Shown piece by piece: positions 30,922-42,078 of a stretch of DNA of 62,199 nucleotides (positions are counted from its first letter, which is position 1; every line of letters starts with the position of its first letter). The notes beneath the pieces were generated by a model. It had not been told where the DNA came from, ran no database searches, and was given only the letters and a program-made list of their open reading frames with translations. The stretch spans positions 1 through 62,199 of the forward strand of contig CAVYVF010000010.1 in NCBI GenBank assembly GCA_963771885.1. The letters run 5' to 3'. Both the position numbers and the translations under genes were made by a program. This stretch comes from Candidatus Bathyarchaeota archaeon. Lineage in GTDB: Archaea > Thermoproteota > Bathyarchaeia > TCS64.

Positions 30922-31899
30922 CTAGAGAGCCGCGAAAATATCGACAACTATCATGAATATTGAAGCAGCGACAGAGATACTAGCAACCTGAGCAAGCTTC
31001 ACATTAAAGCTGGCGCCTAAAACATTCATCAACTCATAACCTTTGAAGGAGCTTACAATCAGAATTAGCCACGGAGTAGCCAAGCCAACCCAGAACAGCA
31101 CGCTGAAAATCACAGATATTGGATGTAAAAATAGTAAGCAGAACGGGCAATGGTGAAACGGCAAATTAAGCAACCAAGGCGTTAGGACCTCAGTAGCCGT
31201 GACTGTGAATCCTATAGTTAAAACGAGGGATAGGATCGCTGACCCTACAAGCATCCCTCTGTTCAAGTGCGCTCTACTAAGCATAATCGCGAATACAACT
31301 GACACTATTAGAAATGCAATAAGTAAAATGCTTTGACCCGAGAAATCACCTATAGCAGCGGGCAGAGGCCTGGGTCCAACATCGATTGCGTTCGAACAGC
31401 AGCTTACCTCGACTGGGGTGATCCCAAGCATTATACCGATATCGAGTCCAGAGTCCAATAATACCAGAGGTGAAGCTAGCAGAAAGAACCCCATGAGACC
31501 CTTCATGGCGGAATTGAGCCCCCCCTTAGAATTGATATATGCAACGAAAAGCCAGCCCAGATAGACTACTGGGAGAGCTAACTTGATGAATAGGTCAGTC
31601 CACGCAAGTGCAGGTATCGCATTAAAGACGCCCCAGAGGCACATTGCCCCTGGTATTGATGGTATGAAGCCTTGCATTGTCCAGAAGTAGAGAGGTACCA
31701 TGAAAATTCGGATACCGAGGGCGATAACGACGGCGGTAGAGGTAAGATAGGCTCCTTTTTCAAGGTTGTAGCGCTCCTCTTGGTCTACTATGTCCCACTT
31801 TCTATAAATCTGGAGTGCTTTCCACCCTGCGATCATTACCAATACAACGGCTGTAATCGATAAGATGAGTTGTAGGATGGCGCTGGTGGTCCATATCAT
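30922..31899 (-). CDS. Multi-pass membrane protein with Cys/His motifs
   Basis: About 8 TM; IPGAMC..G, VSCCS, PFHHCPFC. Confidence 0.8.
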   Translation of the reverse strand: MIWTTSAILQLILSITAVVLVMIAGWKALQIYRKWDIVDQEERYNLEKGAYLTSTAVVIALGIRIFMVPLYFWTMQGFIPSIPGAMCLWGVFNAIPALAWTDLFIKLALPVVYLGWLFVAYINSKGGLNSAMKGLMGFFLLASPLVLLDSGLDIGIMLGITPVEVSCCSNAIDVGPRPLPAAIGDFSGQSILLIAFLIVSVVFAIMLSRAHLNRGMLVGSAILSLVLTIGFTVTATEVLTPWLLNLPFHHCPFCLLFLHPISVIFSVLFWVGLATPWLILIVSSFKGYELMNVLGASFNVKLAQVASISVAASIFMIVVDIFAAL

Positions 31900-31901
31900 T
31901 C

Positions 31902-32577
31902 CTAACTTTCCTCCGTCAGTTTGCCATGATTCATTGTAAATGTGCGCGTTGCCTCACTGCTAAGACGTGGAGTCGTGAGTGGAGACAATTATGGTTCGCC
32001 CCTCTGTTTTTAATTTCTTAAATAGCTCAATTATGAGCCGCGCGTTGGCGTCATCGACGGATGCGGTTGGCTCATCTGCGAAGATTATCTTCGGTTCAGT
32101 GACGAGAGCCCTCGCGATGGCGATCCTTTGTTGTTCACCGCCTGAGAGGTGACCCACCCTGAAGTCAACCCTCTCCTCCATTCCCAGCTGGGAGAGGAAG
32201 TCGACTGCGATGCGACGCCTTTCTGGAGGGGCTAATCCTCTGCAGATTAGAGGCAACGCTACGTTTTCCCAAGAGCTAAGATGGAGGAGGAGGTTATATT
32301 GTTGGAAGATGAATCCGACATTATCGCGTCTAACGCTTGTCCTCTTACCCTCCGAGTACTTCGTCACTGGTGCATCCCCATAGTAGACGTCGCCTCGGGT
32401 CGGATACGTCAGTAGGCCCATCAAATTCAGCAGTGTCGATTTACCGCTCCCTGATGAGCCCTGTATCGCCATGAAGTCTCCTTCCTCTATGGATAGGTTT
32501 ACGTCGTCAACCGCTACGACTTCGTTGGGCTGTCCCCTGAGGAAGATCTTTGTCAAGCCCTTCGTGGATATGCTCAT
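31902..32577 (-). CDS. ABC transporter ATP-binding protein (LolD/MacB-type)
   Basis: GSSGSGKST, LSGGEQQR, IFADEPT, STHD; frameshift at the 3' end. Confidence 0.95.
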
Positions 32578-32578
32578 A

Positions 32579-33808
32579 TTAAGACCCTCTGAGTACAGTG
32601 TCAGGCTCAGTTATCGCTGAGAGCCAAGCGGGGACTAGACTTCCTAGGAGTAGGGGGAAAACCGCGATAGCGTATAGCGTAAGCATTCTATCAAAGCCTA
32701 TCTCGATGGGAAGTTTGTAAAAGGGCAACGTTGCGGTCCAGCCGAGCAAAAACTCCCTAAGAAACGGTGCCCCGATATACGCATCATAGACGATAGCAAT
32801 GAAAACACCTAGGGAGGCGGAAATAAAGCCCAGCACCACGGCCTCAATAAGGCGTATCTCCATTATGTCCGACGTCGAGAAGCCTAGTGTCTTCAGTATT
32901 CCTACTTCTCTACGTGAGTCCTGTCCGACTGTGGTAGCCTGACTCCATGCGATGAGAACGACTGTGATTAGAGGCATAAGCCACATGATCGTTGCGAAGC
33001 CCCCCCGCAAACCGTAGGTTGTGCTCGTGGCGTCAACGATAGAACTTCTTGTGAGAATTCTTAGCTCCGGATACAATTGGGCGATCGAGGATGCAACGGT
33101 ATTTGCGCTTGATGAATCGGTTAGATAAATGCAGAGATCAGTGGCAGAATAAATCCTGAACTGAAGGAGAAGGCTCTGTGCGTCCAGGTAATTCATGAGT
33201 ATCATATCCGACGTGTAGAGGCTGACATCGGAGGAAAAGATGCCCACGACGGTGAAGTTAGAGTTGAAAGGCTCCCCACCCATACCTCCTGAGATCCCCT
33301 CCGACATTGCTTCCAATGGTAAAGTTGAATTTAGTTCAAGGTTTTCGGCTTCCGCCAAGTATGACCCAATTACAGCCTCACCGGCCTCACCTTCGTTTGG
33401 AAACCGACCACTCTCCAACAAAAGCCCGGGAACACCTAATCCGGAGGAGATCGGATCAAGGCCCATCACCGTAAAAATTCTTGTTTTATACACAACATAT
33501 CCCCACATACGGGGAACCACCCGCTCGACTCCGGGGATTCCCTCAAACTCCGGGATCATCGTTGTAGCGATTGGGGTAATCCTCCCTGCAATCATGCCCT
33601 GAACAGTGATATCTGGAGCCGCATTCGCCGCGACAAGCGCTTCACGGGATAAACCATCTGATATGAAAACTATCGAGCCCAATACAAATATCGCCATGGT
33701 TAAAGAAAAGACGACGGCGATGGTTCGAGTCCTATAGACCGTCAATGATCTTAAAGCATATTCTAAAAAATTGAGGTGTTTCTGGGCTCCACTTTTATTT
33801 TGGATCAT
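32579..33808 (-). CDS. ABC transporter permease (FtsX/LolE-type)
   Basis: N-terminal TM, large extracellular loop, RREVGILKTLG, three C-terminal TMs. Confidence 0.9.
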   Translation of the reverse strand: MIQNKSGAQKHLNFLEYALRSLTVYRTRTIAVVFSLTMAIFVLGSIVFISDGLSREALVAANAAPDITVQGMIAGRITPIATTMIPEFEGIPGVERVVPRMWGYVVYKTRIFTVMGLDPISSGLGVPGLLLESGRFPNEGEAGEAVIGSYLAEAENLELNSTLPLEAMSEGISGGMGGEPFNSNFTVVGIFSSDVSLYTSDMILMNYLDAQSLLLQFRIYSATDLCIYLTDSSSANTVASSIAQLYPELRILTRSSIVDATSTTYGLRGGFATIMWLMPLITVVLIAWSQATTVGQDSRREVGILKTLGFSTSDIMEIRLIEAVVLGFISASLGVFIAIVYDAYIGAPFLREFLLGWTATLPFYKLPIEIGFDRMLTLYAIAVFPLLLGSLVPAWLSAITEPDTVLRGS

Positions 33809-33821
33809 TTTAAAGTGACTC

Positions 33822-34139
33822 CTATGATAACACGTTTACACCGAGAGGATCCACCATTCCGCAAGCAAAGTGGTAACAATAGCCACCGGGCAGATCCGTC
33901 AGGCAAGTAATCTCAAGAATCGGGTTTCTCGTCGATAAGCAGCTAGAAGAAAGGTCAGGACCCATATAACCAATCGATGAAATGAGCGCCTGCGTTGGCT
34001 GAGGACTCCAAGTTGAACCGCCGATGGCAGCGTGGGTGAAGCTGATTAATGTTAACACTAATGATGCCGTGAGTAGGATTTTTCCCCATTGGGCCTGATG
34101 GTCACTCGGAGTCTTCAGAGTGTATCCCTTTCTATGCAC
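33822..34139 (-). CDS. Small membrane-anchored Cys-rich protein
   Basis: TM then SSSCLSTRNP..CLTDLPGGYCYHFAC; overlaps the upstream gene in the operon. Confidence 0.65.
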   Translation of the reverse strand: MHRKGYTLKTPSDHQAQWGKILLTASLVLTLISFTHAAIGGSTWSPQPTQALISSIGYMGPDLSSSCLSTRNPILEITCLTDLPGGYCYHFACGMVDPLGVNVLS

Positions 34140-34740
34140 TCTTGTTTTCGTGCCTTCTGAAGTAAATCAATGCAACAGGCGCAAGAGCTACGAGTAATAG
34201 ACCGGATCCAAGTATGAGATAGGAAGGAGTAGAAACTAGGCTCGGCTTCGGGGCGATTGTTGCGGTAGATAGCTTCATCTTAGCGGTATCGAAGAACTCG
34301 GCTGATGTCTTCAGAGGCACACTCGCGGCCCAGTCAAAACTTGTCTTAAGCGTACCCGCGTTTGCCTCGTCGCATGCGAGCTTGTTCTTCATGCACGAAC
34401 CACCAGCTAGCATCAATGTGGTGTCGGGAGAAACAGAGGAAAGTGCCTCGTCTTTGACGGTGAATATTATCGTCTTCCCACTTGCTATACATGTGCCCGT
34501 GATGACGGCGTTCTTATAATAGAGACCTACCTGTGCCGCACAGACGGGGCAGCAAGCCCACTGGTCAGGTTGTCCAGGGGAAGTTATCAACAGGGTTGAG
34601 GGGTCGCTCTTCGTGACCTTCATCCCGCATGCCATACATAAGGCTACATTTGACTCGTTAACATACGAGTTTACACCAACAACGGTGAGTATGGAGCCCA
34701 TCAGGAGAAGGGCGAGTGGAACAGCCAACATCTTCTTCAT
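34132..34740 (-). CDS. Membrane-anchored Cys-rich protein, NosL/MerB-like
   Basis: Signal/TM, CMACGM, ACCPVC, CIASGKTIIFTV..SSVSP, GGSC..N; C-terminal TM. Confidence 0.6.
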   Translation of the reverse strand: MKKMLAVPLALLLMGSILTVVGVNSYVNESNVALCMACGMKVTKSDPSTLLITSPGQPDQWACCPVCAAQVGLYYKNAVITGTCIASGKTIIFTVKDEALSSVSPDTTLMLAGGSCMKNKLACDEANAGTLKTSFDWAASVPLKTSAEFFDTAKMKLSTATIAPKPSLVSTPSYLILGSGLLLVALAPVALIYFRRHENKSA

Positions 34741-34848
34741 ATTTACCATTATTTCTTTAGGAAGCGTGGGTAATAAACCCAAAATTAGCATATAATTTGG
34801 AGATTTAACTAGAAATAAAAATGATCCAAAAAAAAGGGAGGGAAATTA

Positions 34849-36824
34849 TTAGGGCTTATTCACACCAAAGTAGAACATCATGTCATTTTCTTCGTGTTCT
34901 AATATGTGGCAGTGGCAGACGTAATGTTCATACCCGTTGGCGCACCAGCAGGAAGATCGAATTTGGCGATAATTCTCAGAACTTCTCCAGGCATGGCTTT
35001 TGCGGTATCCTTCCACCCTGTTTCCTCGGGGGCAGGTGGAGTAGGCGCACCCAAGAGGAAAGTGGTAACTGAAGGTCTTGGTGTACTAGCTTGGATTACT
35101 GCAATCCATGCATTCCAGGCGGCGAGGAAGAGCTTTGCATCAAATGTTTGGCGGTCCACCACCTTGAACTTTACTAGGTGTAGGTGCATTGGGTGTGCGT
35201 CTCCAGTTGTGTTGATGAATTGCCAGACGTTTATTGCGCCGTCTGTTTCAGTAAATAGAGGCGGATTTGGAGGAGCGTGGTCGAGGAAACGTTTACCGTC
35301 TAAGAGCACTTCTAATGGTTGCCCTGTGGTGGGATCCATGATTTCTGAGAGGACAATCTCTCTCCATGATTGGGGCTGGTGCAGTTAGTGGGGGTCAATG
35401 GGTCGAAGAGTGAGGGCAGCAGGCAATGATTGGTACTGTAGTCGGTCTGTTCCAACGAGAGGTGTAACCACTCTGAACTGCATAATGCTAGGGAATCTCT
35501 CCACCTCTTCCATTAGGGTAAGGCGCCTTTGCATTGTTCTTAAGAGTAAGCTTTGTACCCGGCTTTAATCCAGTGAAGTCGACGATAGTGTCAAATCGTT
35601 CTCCAGGGGCAATGACGAGGCTGTTAAGCATCGCCGGCGCAGTCAGTGAATCCTTGTTCAGAGCCAATTACCCAAATTGGGGTAGTGCCTCCGGGGACCC
35701 TGTAACCATATATTGTAGAATCTGGCTTGTGAACCGTTCAGGAAGCGAAGCCTGTACCTTCTTGGTTCAACGTTAAGGAATGGATAGGCTTTACCGTTCA
35801 CAACGGGGGTGTCTCCGAAGTACTCAGGTATCCAGATGGGGTGAAGCCCGGGGACGGCTGTTATAGGATATATCTGTGCACCCGTGGCTGGATTTAGCAG
35901 CCTATCTTGCAGTACTATTGGAACCTCATAGGTTCCGCTAGGAATTTTCTGGAGGGCAGCATTTTGTCCAGCATCATTAGTACCATTGATGAGATCGTTC
36001 TCGTAGCCATCTCTAACAATGTACGCCGCTGCCTGTCCCAGAAATGGATTGAATCTCGTGATCCCCCACGCATGGTCGTGGTACCAAATCAATGATGATG
36101 GTTGGTCGTTAGGGTACTCGTAAGTGTGAGAACCCGTTTAAAGTCCAGGATCAATCGCATCTGCCTTCTGGATATGGATTGGCTGGATGTTGATCCTACA
36201 GGTGAGAACCAGTCTCTCGGTCCTCCATCGTGTACTGCTAATACCTTGCCACCATGTAGATGCACACATGTTCGGTGCTCGTCAGGCCAGCGAGAGGCAG
36301 GGTTCGAGGTTCCGTCAACGGTGTTGCCCATGATAGTATAGTCCATTGCGGTGCCAATCAGATGTGGTCCTAAGTGGAAGATTGTTTGTGACTTTCAGTT
36401 TTACGGGTCTTCCTTTTTGGGCAACAATCGTTGGCCCTAAGTAAAAGAAATCAGCCGGTGTAGGAAGGTAACCAGTAGTGCCGCCAAAATAGCTTTGTGT
36501 CGTGGTGGCCGGCAAATTTGCGTGAAATTTATGCATATCGCCTGGCCAATAGAGATCTCGTAATAGTCATGTTCCAGGATAACTGTAGTATCAGGGTATA
36601 AGAGCTGGGGGGATTACTAACGCATCTAAGAATGGCGTTAGCTTCGGCTTTGGAGCAGCCTCTACACCTGCAATCGGATCGATAAGTCCCTCCTGGTTCG
36701 GAGAGAATAGCTTATCGGGTCTAAAGCCAACCGCAGTAGATAGTGCTGCTACGCCCGCTCCTGCACCCATTAGCTTGAGGAACTTTCTACGATTCTTCTT
36801 AACCGTATCAGTATCTTTACTCAT
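34849..36824 (-). CDS. Tat-exported multicopper oxidase (CotA/bilirubin oxidase-like), several frameshifts
   Basis: NRRKFLK Tat signal; VHLHGG, WYHDH, VEPRRYRLRFLNGS, HPMHLHLV, CHCHILEHEENDMM. Confidence 0.93.
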
Positions 36825-37044
36825 TAAGCCTCGCTTGATCCCGTGGAAGCATTGAATATTAATAGAACTTTCAACCAACTGAATGAAATTATTTAATTAA
36901 TGAACCTGAAACTGTAATGAGAGTTAAAGTCAAAAAAGACTCATTCTTCTAAGAACAACCAGCTTGTCCTGTGTATGTTTACTAATTTTCCATCTTTGAT
37001 AAGATATATTAATCGCCCTATTCAAAATACAAATAGATAATAAA

Positions 37045-37339
37045 ATGGCACTAGATCCACTCGAGATCGCGATAATAGTCGGGGCACTGGCAATATTTCT
37101 CATATGGGGCCCAAGCAAAATACCCGAACTCGCTAAGAGCCCTTGGAAGGGCTAAGAACGAGTACAGTAAAGCTAGTGTAAAATCAGAAAAAGAATTAGC
37201 CGACTCCAAATCGAATGAACAAAACGAGAAACCCGATGAAGAGCTAACCCTAGTGGCTCAAAGCCTCGGTATAAGCACCGAAGGTAAAACCAAATCCCAA
37301 ATAGCAAAGGAAATCATCAATAAGAAAGCCGAACGGTAA
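37045..37339 (+). CDS. tatA: Twin-arginine translocase TatA (one frameshift; missed by the ORF track)
   Basis: MALDPLEIAIIVGALAIFLIWGPSKIPELAKSLGRAKNEYSKA...LGISTEGKT. Confidence 0.88.
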
Positions 37340-37352
37340 AATTTCTTAATAT

Positions 37353-38255
37353 TTACGTCCTCGATTTCCCACACTTCCGGCAAAATATTTCTTCTCCATG
37401 GAACCGAGCACCGCAGAACTTACACACATTATCTGGAAAAATGCCAGACTCCAAGCTATTAGTAAATCTGTTCTTCTCAATCCTCTTCGCGATTATGATT
37501 GAGATCTCAGTCAATACAATTATTGGGACACAGAGTAATAGATCTGCTAAGGGACCACCATCGGCGGTGACGAAAGCAGTTATAGCAAACAATCCAACAT
37601 AAAAGATAACGCGATTATCAGTCAGTAACGAGGTTCCGACTATTCCCAACTTCACTAATAGCACAAAAATGACGGGAATTGTGAACCCAAAGCCTGTAAA
37701 TAATACGGAGACAAAAATCATTGAATAAAAGTCAAGTGCCGTGATTGTAGGCTGAGCGCTGATGAGGGCAGAGAAGAAGATCATTGTGTACCCGATGATT
37801 GGGGCGAGAAACATGTATCCGAATATGGCCCCCAAAACGAAGCAGCCACTAAACCCGAGCACAAAGGGATAGATGGATTTCCGCTCCTCTTCAAAGAGGG
37901 CAGGGTTGACGAACATGTAGATTTCATAACCTATTACGGGCGAGCTCACCAGGAGGCCTAGAAGGATCGAAGCGAAGATGTAGACTTCGAGCGGGTCACC
38001 GATTTGTAGACTGATTATTTGAAGCCCGGGTGGCGCTACATGATTCTTTATACCTTCAAGCATCACGGAAATCATGGGTCTATAGAAGCCAGTTACCCAC
38101 ATGGCGGGGTCGAATAAATCTAGAGGGTTAGCGGGAAATAACATGAAGAAAATAGTGCTGATAAAAAGAACGATGATTATGACTTTACTTCTCTGAACAA
38201 GCTCCGCTAGATGACTTAGGTAATTGCTCTTAGGATCAGTTCCTTCTGTAGCCAC
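37353..38255 (-). CDS. tatC: Twin-arginine translocase TatC with C-terminal zinc ribbon
   Basis: HLAEL..R, YEIYMFVNPALFEEE, six TMs; tail CKFC...CRKC. Confidence 0.9.
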   Translation of the reverse strand: MATEGTDPKSNYLSHLAELVQRSKVIIIVLFISTIFFMLFPANPLDLFDPAMWVTGFYRPMISVMLEGIKNHVAPPGLQIISLQIGDPLEVYIFASILLGLLVSSPVIGYEIYMFVNPALFEEERKSIYPFVLGFSGCFVLGAIFGYMFLAPIIGYTMIFFSALISAQPTITALDFYSMIFVSVLFTGFGFTIPVIFVLLVKLGIVGTSLLTDNRVIFYVGLFAITAFVTADGGPLADLLLCVPIIVLTEISIIIAKRIEKNRFTNSLESGIFPDNVCKFCGARFHGEEIFCRKCGKSRT

Positions 38256-38292
38256 GCTTACCCTCCTAACCTCGACAAAATAACTTGGCCAT

Positions 38293-38589
38293 TTAAAGAG
38301 ACTTTTTTGCGACGATCTCATCAGCTATCTCGTCTCGGGTCTTGCCCTCAGTCTTAATACCGAGCTGGTGAGCGATCTCAACTATCTTATCGACATTGCT
38401 TGTACTCGGGGTCTCAGCGGTCTTGATTGACACCTTTGCGAGTTCCCCTATCTCACTTGCTGCTTTATTATACTCGTTCTTAGCCTTTCCAAGGGCTTTA
38501 GCCAGTTCAGGAATCTTGTTAGGACCCCATAAGAAAAAGACTAGAAGCGCCCCGACGATAAGTATCAGCTCAAGTGCATCTAACGCCAT
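38293..38589 (-). CDS. tatA: Twin-arginine translocase TatA
   Basis: ELILIVGALLVFFLWGPNKIPELAKALGKA. Confidence 0.92.
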   Translation of the reverse strand: MALDALELILIVGALLVFFLWGPNKIPELAKALGKAKNEYNKAASEIGELAKVSIKTAETPSTSNVDKIVEIAHQLGIKTEGKTRDEIADEIVAKKSL

Positions 38590-38733
38590 TTTCAATCGAG
38601 GAACTCTCAGGAATCTTAACTAATATACCTAATTCAAATTAGGGTAATTTTTACGACACGCTTCACATCGATGTGGATGTTCACGAGTTAAGAATTTACC
38701 TCACGCTAAGAAGATACAAAACAGTGGATAGTC

Positions 38734-39243
38734 TTGGTCGAGGAACCTAAATATGAAGTTTTAAGGAGTATCGAAGGGGTCGAAATCCGAAGATACACTC
38801 CAATACTTCTAGCCACGGCAAGAGGCAATACAGATCTATTTGGAATGCTATTCAGATACATTTCAGGCGCCAACAAAGGCAGTGCGAAGATCTCAATGAC
38901 TGCCCCAGTCATCACGCCGGAGAAGATCTCAATGACATCCCCGGTTTTCACCAGTGGGGATACAATGTCCTTTGTGACCCCATCGTCCTATACACGAGAA
39001 ACGGTTCCGGAGCCAACCGACCCCCGGATAAGCATCGAGGAACTGCCCACTAGAACATTGGCCGTACTGAGGTTTAGTGGCTGGGCACGTGAGTCGACAG
39101 TCGAGAAGAAGAAAAAACTGCTGCTCGACACATTATCTAGGAATGATTTGAAGGCGCGAGGGGAAGTGGCCCTCATGCGGTATAACCCACCATTCACGCC
39201 CTGGTTCCTTCGTAGGAACGAGGTTGCAGTTGAGGTCGAGTGA
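38734..39243 (+). CDS. SOUL heme-binding family protein
   Basis: EEPKYEV..VEIRRY, LFRYISGAN, ISMTAPV, RYNPPFTPWFLRRNEV. Confidence 0.93.
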   Translation: MVEEPKYEVLRSIEGVEIRRYTPILLATARGNTDLFGMLFRYISGANKGSAKISMTAPVITPEKISMTSPVFTSGDTMSFVTPSSYTRETVPEPTDPRISIEELPTRTLAVLRFSGWARESTVEKKKKLLLDTLSRNDLKARGEVALMRYNPPFTPWFLRRNEVAVEVE

Positions 39244-39986
39244 ACACTATGCGTAAAACTGTGAAAATAGGGGCAGCAATTCTTATTGTGCTTGCCATAG
39301 CAGGTGCCGGTTTTATTATCTGGGCCGAGACACCGTTAGGACCTATGAGTGAGGCGCTACAAGCGCTCAACTCTGATGCCCAAGTCAAGGTTACTACTGG
39401 TGACTGGCTTGTGTTTCAGCCAGTCAACGCCACAACAAAGACCGGCTTCATTTTCTATCCCGGTGGAAGGGTCGACTATAGATCGTATGCACCACTAGCC
39501 CACAATGTAGCGTCAGAGGGGTACCTCGTAGTAATTGTCCGTATGCCCCTTAATCTAGCGGTTTTCTCACCAAATGCAGCGCAGGGTGTAATCGACGCCC
39601 ATCCCGAAATAGAAAACTGGGTTGTTGGCGGTCACTCCCTTGGAGGGAGTATGGCAGCTCAATATGTCTCAACATCGCCTGCAAGCGTGAATGGGCTTAT
39701 TTTGCTGGAGTCCTATCCTGCATCAGGAAATGACCTTTCCAGTAAGCAGCTTGAGGTTTTAACTATTCACGGGTCAAGAGATGGTCTGGTCAGTTCTGCG
39801 CAGATCGATGATTCGCTTAAACAGTTGCCTAAAGAGACTGTTCGGGTTGAGATTATCGGAGGCAACCATGCGCAGTGTGGATGGTATGGTCCTCAGCCGG
39901 GTGACTTGGATGCCACAATCAGCCGAGAGGACCAGCAACAGCAGATCGTTCATGCGACTGTGGAGCTTCTCGGGAGGATAAACTAG
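39240..39986 (+). CDS. Membrane-anchored alpha/beta hydrolase
   Basis: IFYPGG, GGHSLGG, GSRDG, GGNHAQ. Confidence 0.9.
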   Translation: MNTMRKTVKIGAAILIVLAIAGAGFIIWAETPLGPMSEALQALNSDAQVKVTTGDWLVFQPVNATTKTGFIFYPGGRVDYRSYAPLAHNVASEGYLVVIVRMPLNLAVFSPNAAQGVIDAHPEIENWVVGGHSLGGSMAAQYVSTSPASVNGLILLESYPASGNDLSSKQLEVLTIHGSRDGLVSSAQIDDSLKQLPKETVRVEIIGGNHAQCGWYGPQPGDLDATISREDQQQQIVHATVELLGRIN

Positions 39987-40080
39987 TTAAATGATCTACG
40001 TGAGCACAATATGAAAGCAGATAACTACCGTATTGAAGAAGGAAAAACGCAACTTTTCGAACCTGCTTGGCGCAATAATA

Positions 40081-40866
40081 TTAGGGTACGCTGTTTGTAA
40101 GAAATTTCAGCACTTCCTCGTTGAACTCGTCTTTGTTCTCGACCATGATTGTATGGGAACCGCCTTCAATCTTCACAAGCTTTGCATTCGGTATAATTCC
40201 GGCAATAACCTCAGATGCAGCGGGATCTATGAGTCTATCTCTGGTCCCAACTATAACAAGGGTCTCAGAAGTAATCGAACCCAATCTCTCAAGGGCATCA
40301 TGACTCATTACAGCCACGCTTTGTCCCTCTATCCCAACTGCGTCAGGGGATCTCTGAAATATTGACGTTAACCTAGCTAGGAAACCAAAAACAAACCTGT
40401 AAAGCGGCTTATTAAAAGCAAGATCAATAATGGACGTCATCCTCTCCGCGGGTGAACCACTCAGTTTCCCACCGTCTGAAATATTTCTAAACGTCTCACC
40501 CCTCTTAGCATATGTGCATGCGAGGACAAGCTTGTTGACCCTCTCCGGGTAGTTGATAGAGATCTCTTGCGCTATCATGCCCCCCATCGAGGCACCGATG
40601 ATATGTGCCTTCTCGATTTCAAGGTAGTCCATTAGACGGATCACGTCGTCCGCCATCATCCTCGTCGTGAAGGGCCCCTTCGGTTTATCCGACCCACCGA
40701 CGCCTCTGTTGTCGAGGGTTACCACCCGAAAATGTTTACTGAAGAAGGGGATCTGGAAGTGCCAACCTTCCATCGCGGAGCCAAAACCCATGATCATTAC
40801 AATTGGTTCACCCGTCCCCTGAATACTGTAGTTGATATTGATGTCCCCGATCTTCGCAATCGGCAC
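40081..40866 (-). CDS. Alpha/beta hydrolase (enol-lactonase-like)
   Basis: DNRGVGGS, GASMGG, G..D, GGSH. Confidence 0.92.
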   Translation of the reverse strand: MPIAKIGDININYSIQGTGEPIVMIMGFGSAMEGWHFQIPFFSKHFRVVTLDNRGVGGSDKPKGPFTTRMMADDVIRLMDYLEIEKAHIIGASMGGMIAQEISINYPERVNKLVLACTYAKRGETFRNISDGGKLSGSPAERMTSIIDLAFNKPLYRFVFGFLARLTSIFQRSPDAVGIEGQSVAVMSHDALERLGSITSETLVIVGTRDRLIDPAASEVIAGIIPNAKLVKIEGGSHTIMVENKDEFNEEVLKFLTNSVP

Positions 40867-41094
40867 AGCGGGTCACTCCTCTCCGTTAGGAATACTATTG
40901 AGGGTTAAGAAGCTGAGCGCACGAAGAGGCCAATACTGCACATAAAGATGGAGAACTATTACGAAAACTAGCTTTGCGCGCATAGGAAATAACGAAAAAA
41001 AGTCGCACCCGCGTGAAGCTTTCCGCGCTGCGAACCCGCTGCACCGTTTACCTGACAAGCAAACTATATCTACCCAGATTTAAAACCATGAACC

Positions 41095-41355
41095 ATGGGC
41101 AACATCGAGGAAAACCGCAGACACCTAGTCAACCTCCTCGACTCAAACGACTACCTGGTAGAGGAGTTTGAGGAACTGATCCTAGCGAGTAAGTACTGCG
41201 AGAGAGGCGGGGGAGGAATCCTATGTTTCCTTGTCGAAGCAGCCTCGCCATACAAGCGTCTCCGGGTTTGGGGAGGCGGTGAAGTCGCTCAGCCTGATCC
41301 CGATGTGGGTAGGATGTTGGCGGAGCTGAACGAGAAGCTCCTCGTACTTAGCTGA
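41095..41355 (+). CDS. Hypothetical protein
   Basis: 86 aa ORF with ATG and upstream AT-rich promoter-like sequence. Confidence 0.5.
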   Translation: MGNIEENRRHLVNLLDSNDYLVEEFEELILASKYCERGGGGILCFLVEAASPYKRLRVWGGGEVAQPDPDVGRMLAELNEKLLVLS

Positions 41356-41769
41356 TTAGAAAAAGTCTAAGCGCGTGTTAGCTGAGGTTAATGATAAAGT
41401 AAATTTGGGACTAGATTTTACGCGCTCGCTTTACTCGGAAGCTTGGACAAGAGTGAATGTAATCGGCGTTAGATTGATTTTACTAGACTATTTCATGATT
41501 AGACCTTCAATCCTATTCTATAAATCCAGGTCGACAGCGGTGAGACGTGTCAATGTGATGCCCAACTAGGCACTGAGACGGAATCAAGGGGTAAAATATA
41601 TTACCTAAAACTTAGCGAACAAATTGAAAGAAATGGTTCTCACTCACCGCTCATGAATATCTCATCCGGTCAAGGTAGCATTGATCCTACTTTGGTACTA
41701 TCTTCACCACGTAGATATTATCACGACTTATCGATGAAAGAATTCTGAAGGCACTTGAGCTGAGCCACC

Positions 41770-42072
41770 TTGCCTGAAGAGGGACGCGGCGTATCCGTCG
41801 AGATGAAGCAGCGTAAATATGTTAAAACCATGATGTTCACTGACGAGGGAGGCGGAGACGTTCTATTTGAAGCCAACCTCGGTCAACTCATAGCTATAAT
41901 GCTAACTGATGACAGCGTCCTACAGGTCTGCGGTAATTTTGGAACATTAAGAGTTGATGTAGCCTTAGAGGAGATCGCAGGCATAGTGGATAGGAGCCGC
42001 TCAGGTAACGCTTCAGGCTCTAAGCTGGGGAGCGCCTCAATTTCCAGCAAGTCAATTGAAATGAAAAGGTGA
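41770..42072 (+). CDS. Small uncharacterised protein, family copy 3
   Basis: VSVEMK....K.M...D....VLFEANLG...DSVLQVCGNFGTLRVD. Confidence 0.78.
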   Translation: MPEEGRGVSVEMKQRKYVKTMMFTDEGGGDVLFEANLGQLIAIMLTDDSVLQVCGNFGTLRVDVALEEIAGIVDRSRSGNASGSKLGSASISSKSIEMKR

Positions 42073-42078
42073 AAAACA

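Noticed and set aside
38885..38937. Short direct repeat GAAGATCTCAATGAC in the SOUL gene
   Set aside because: Encodes the repeated KISMT motif common in this family
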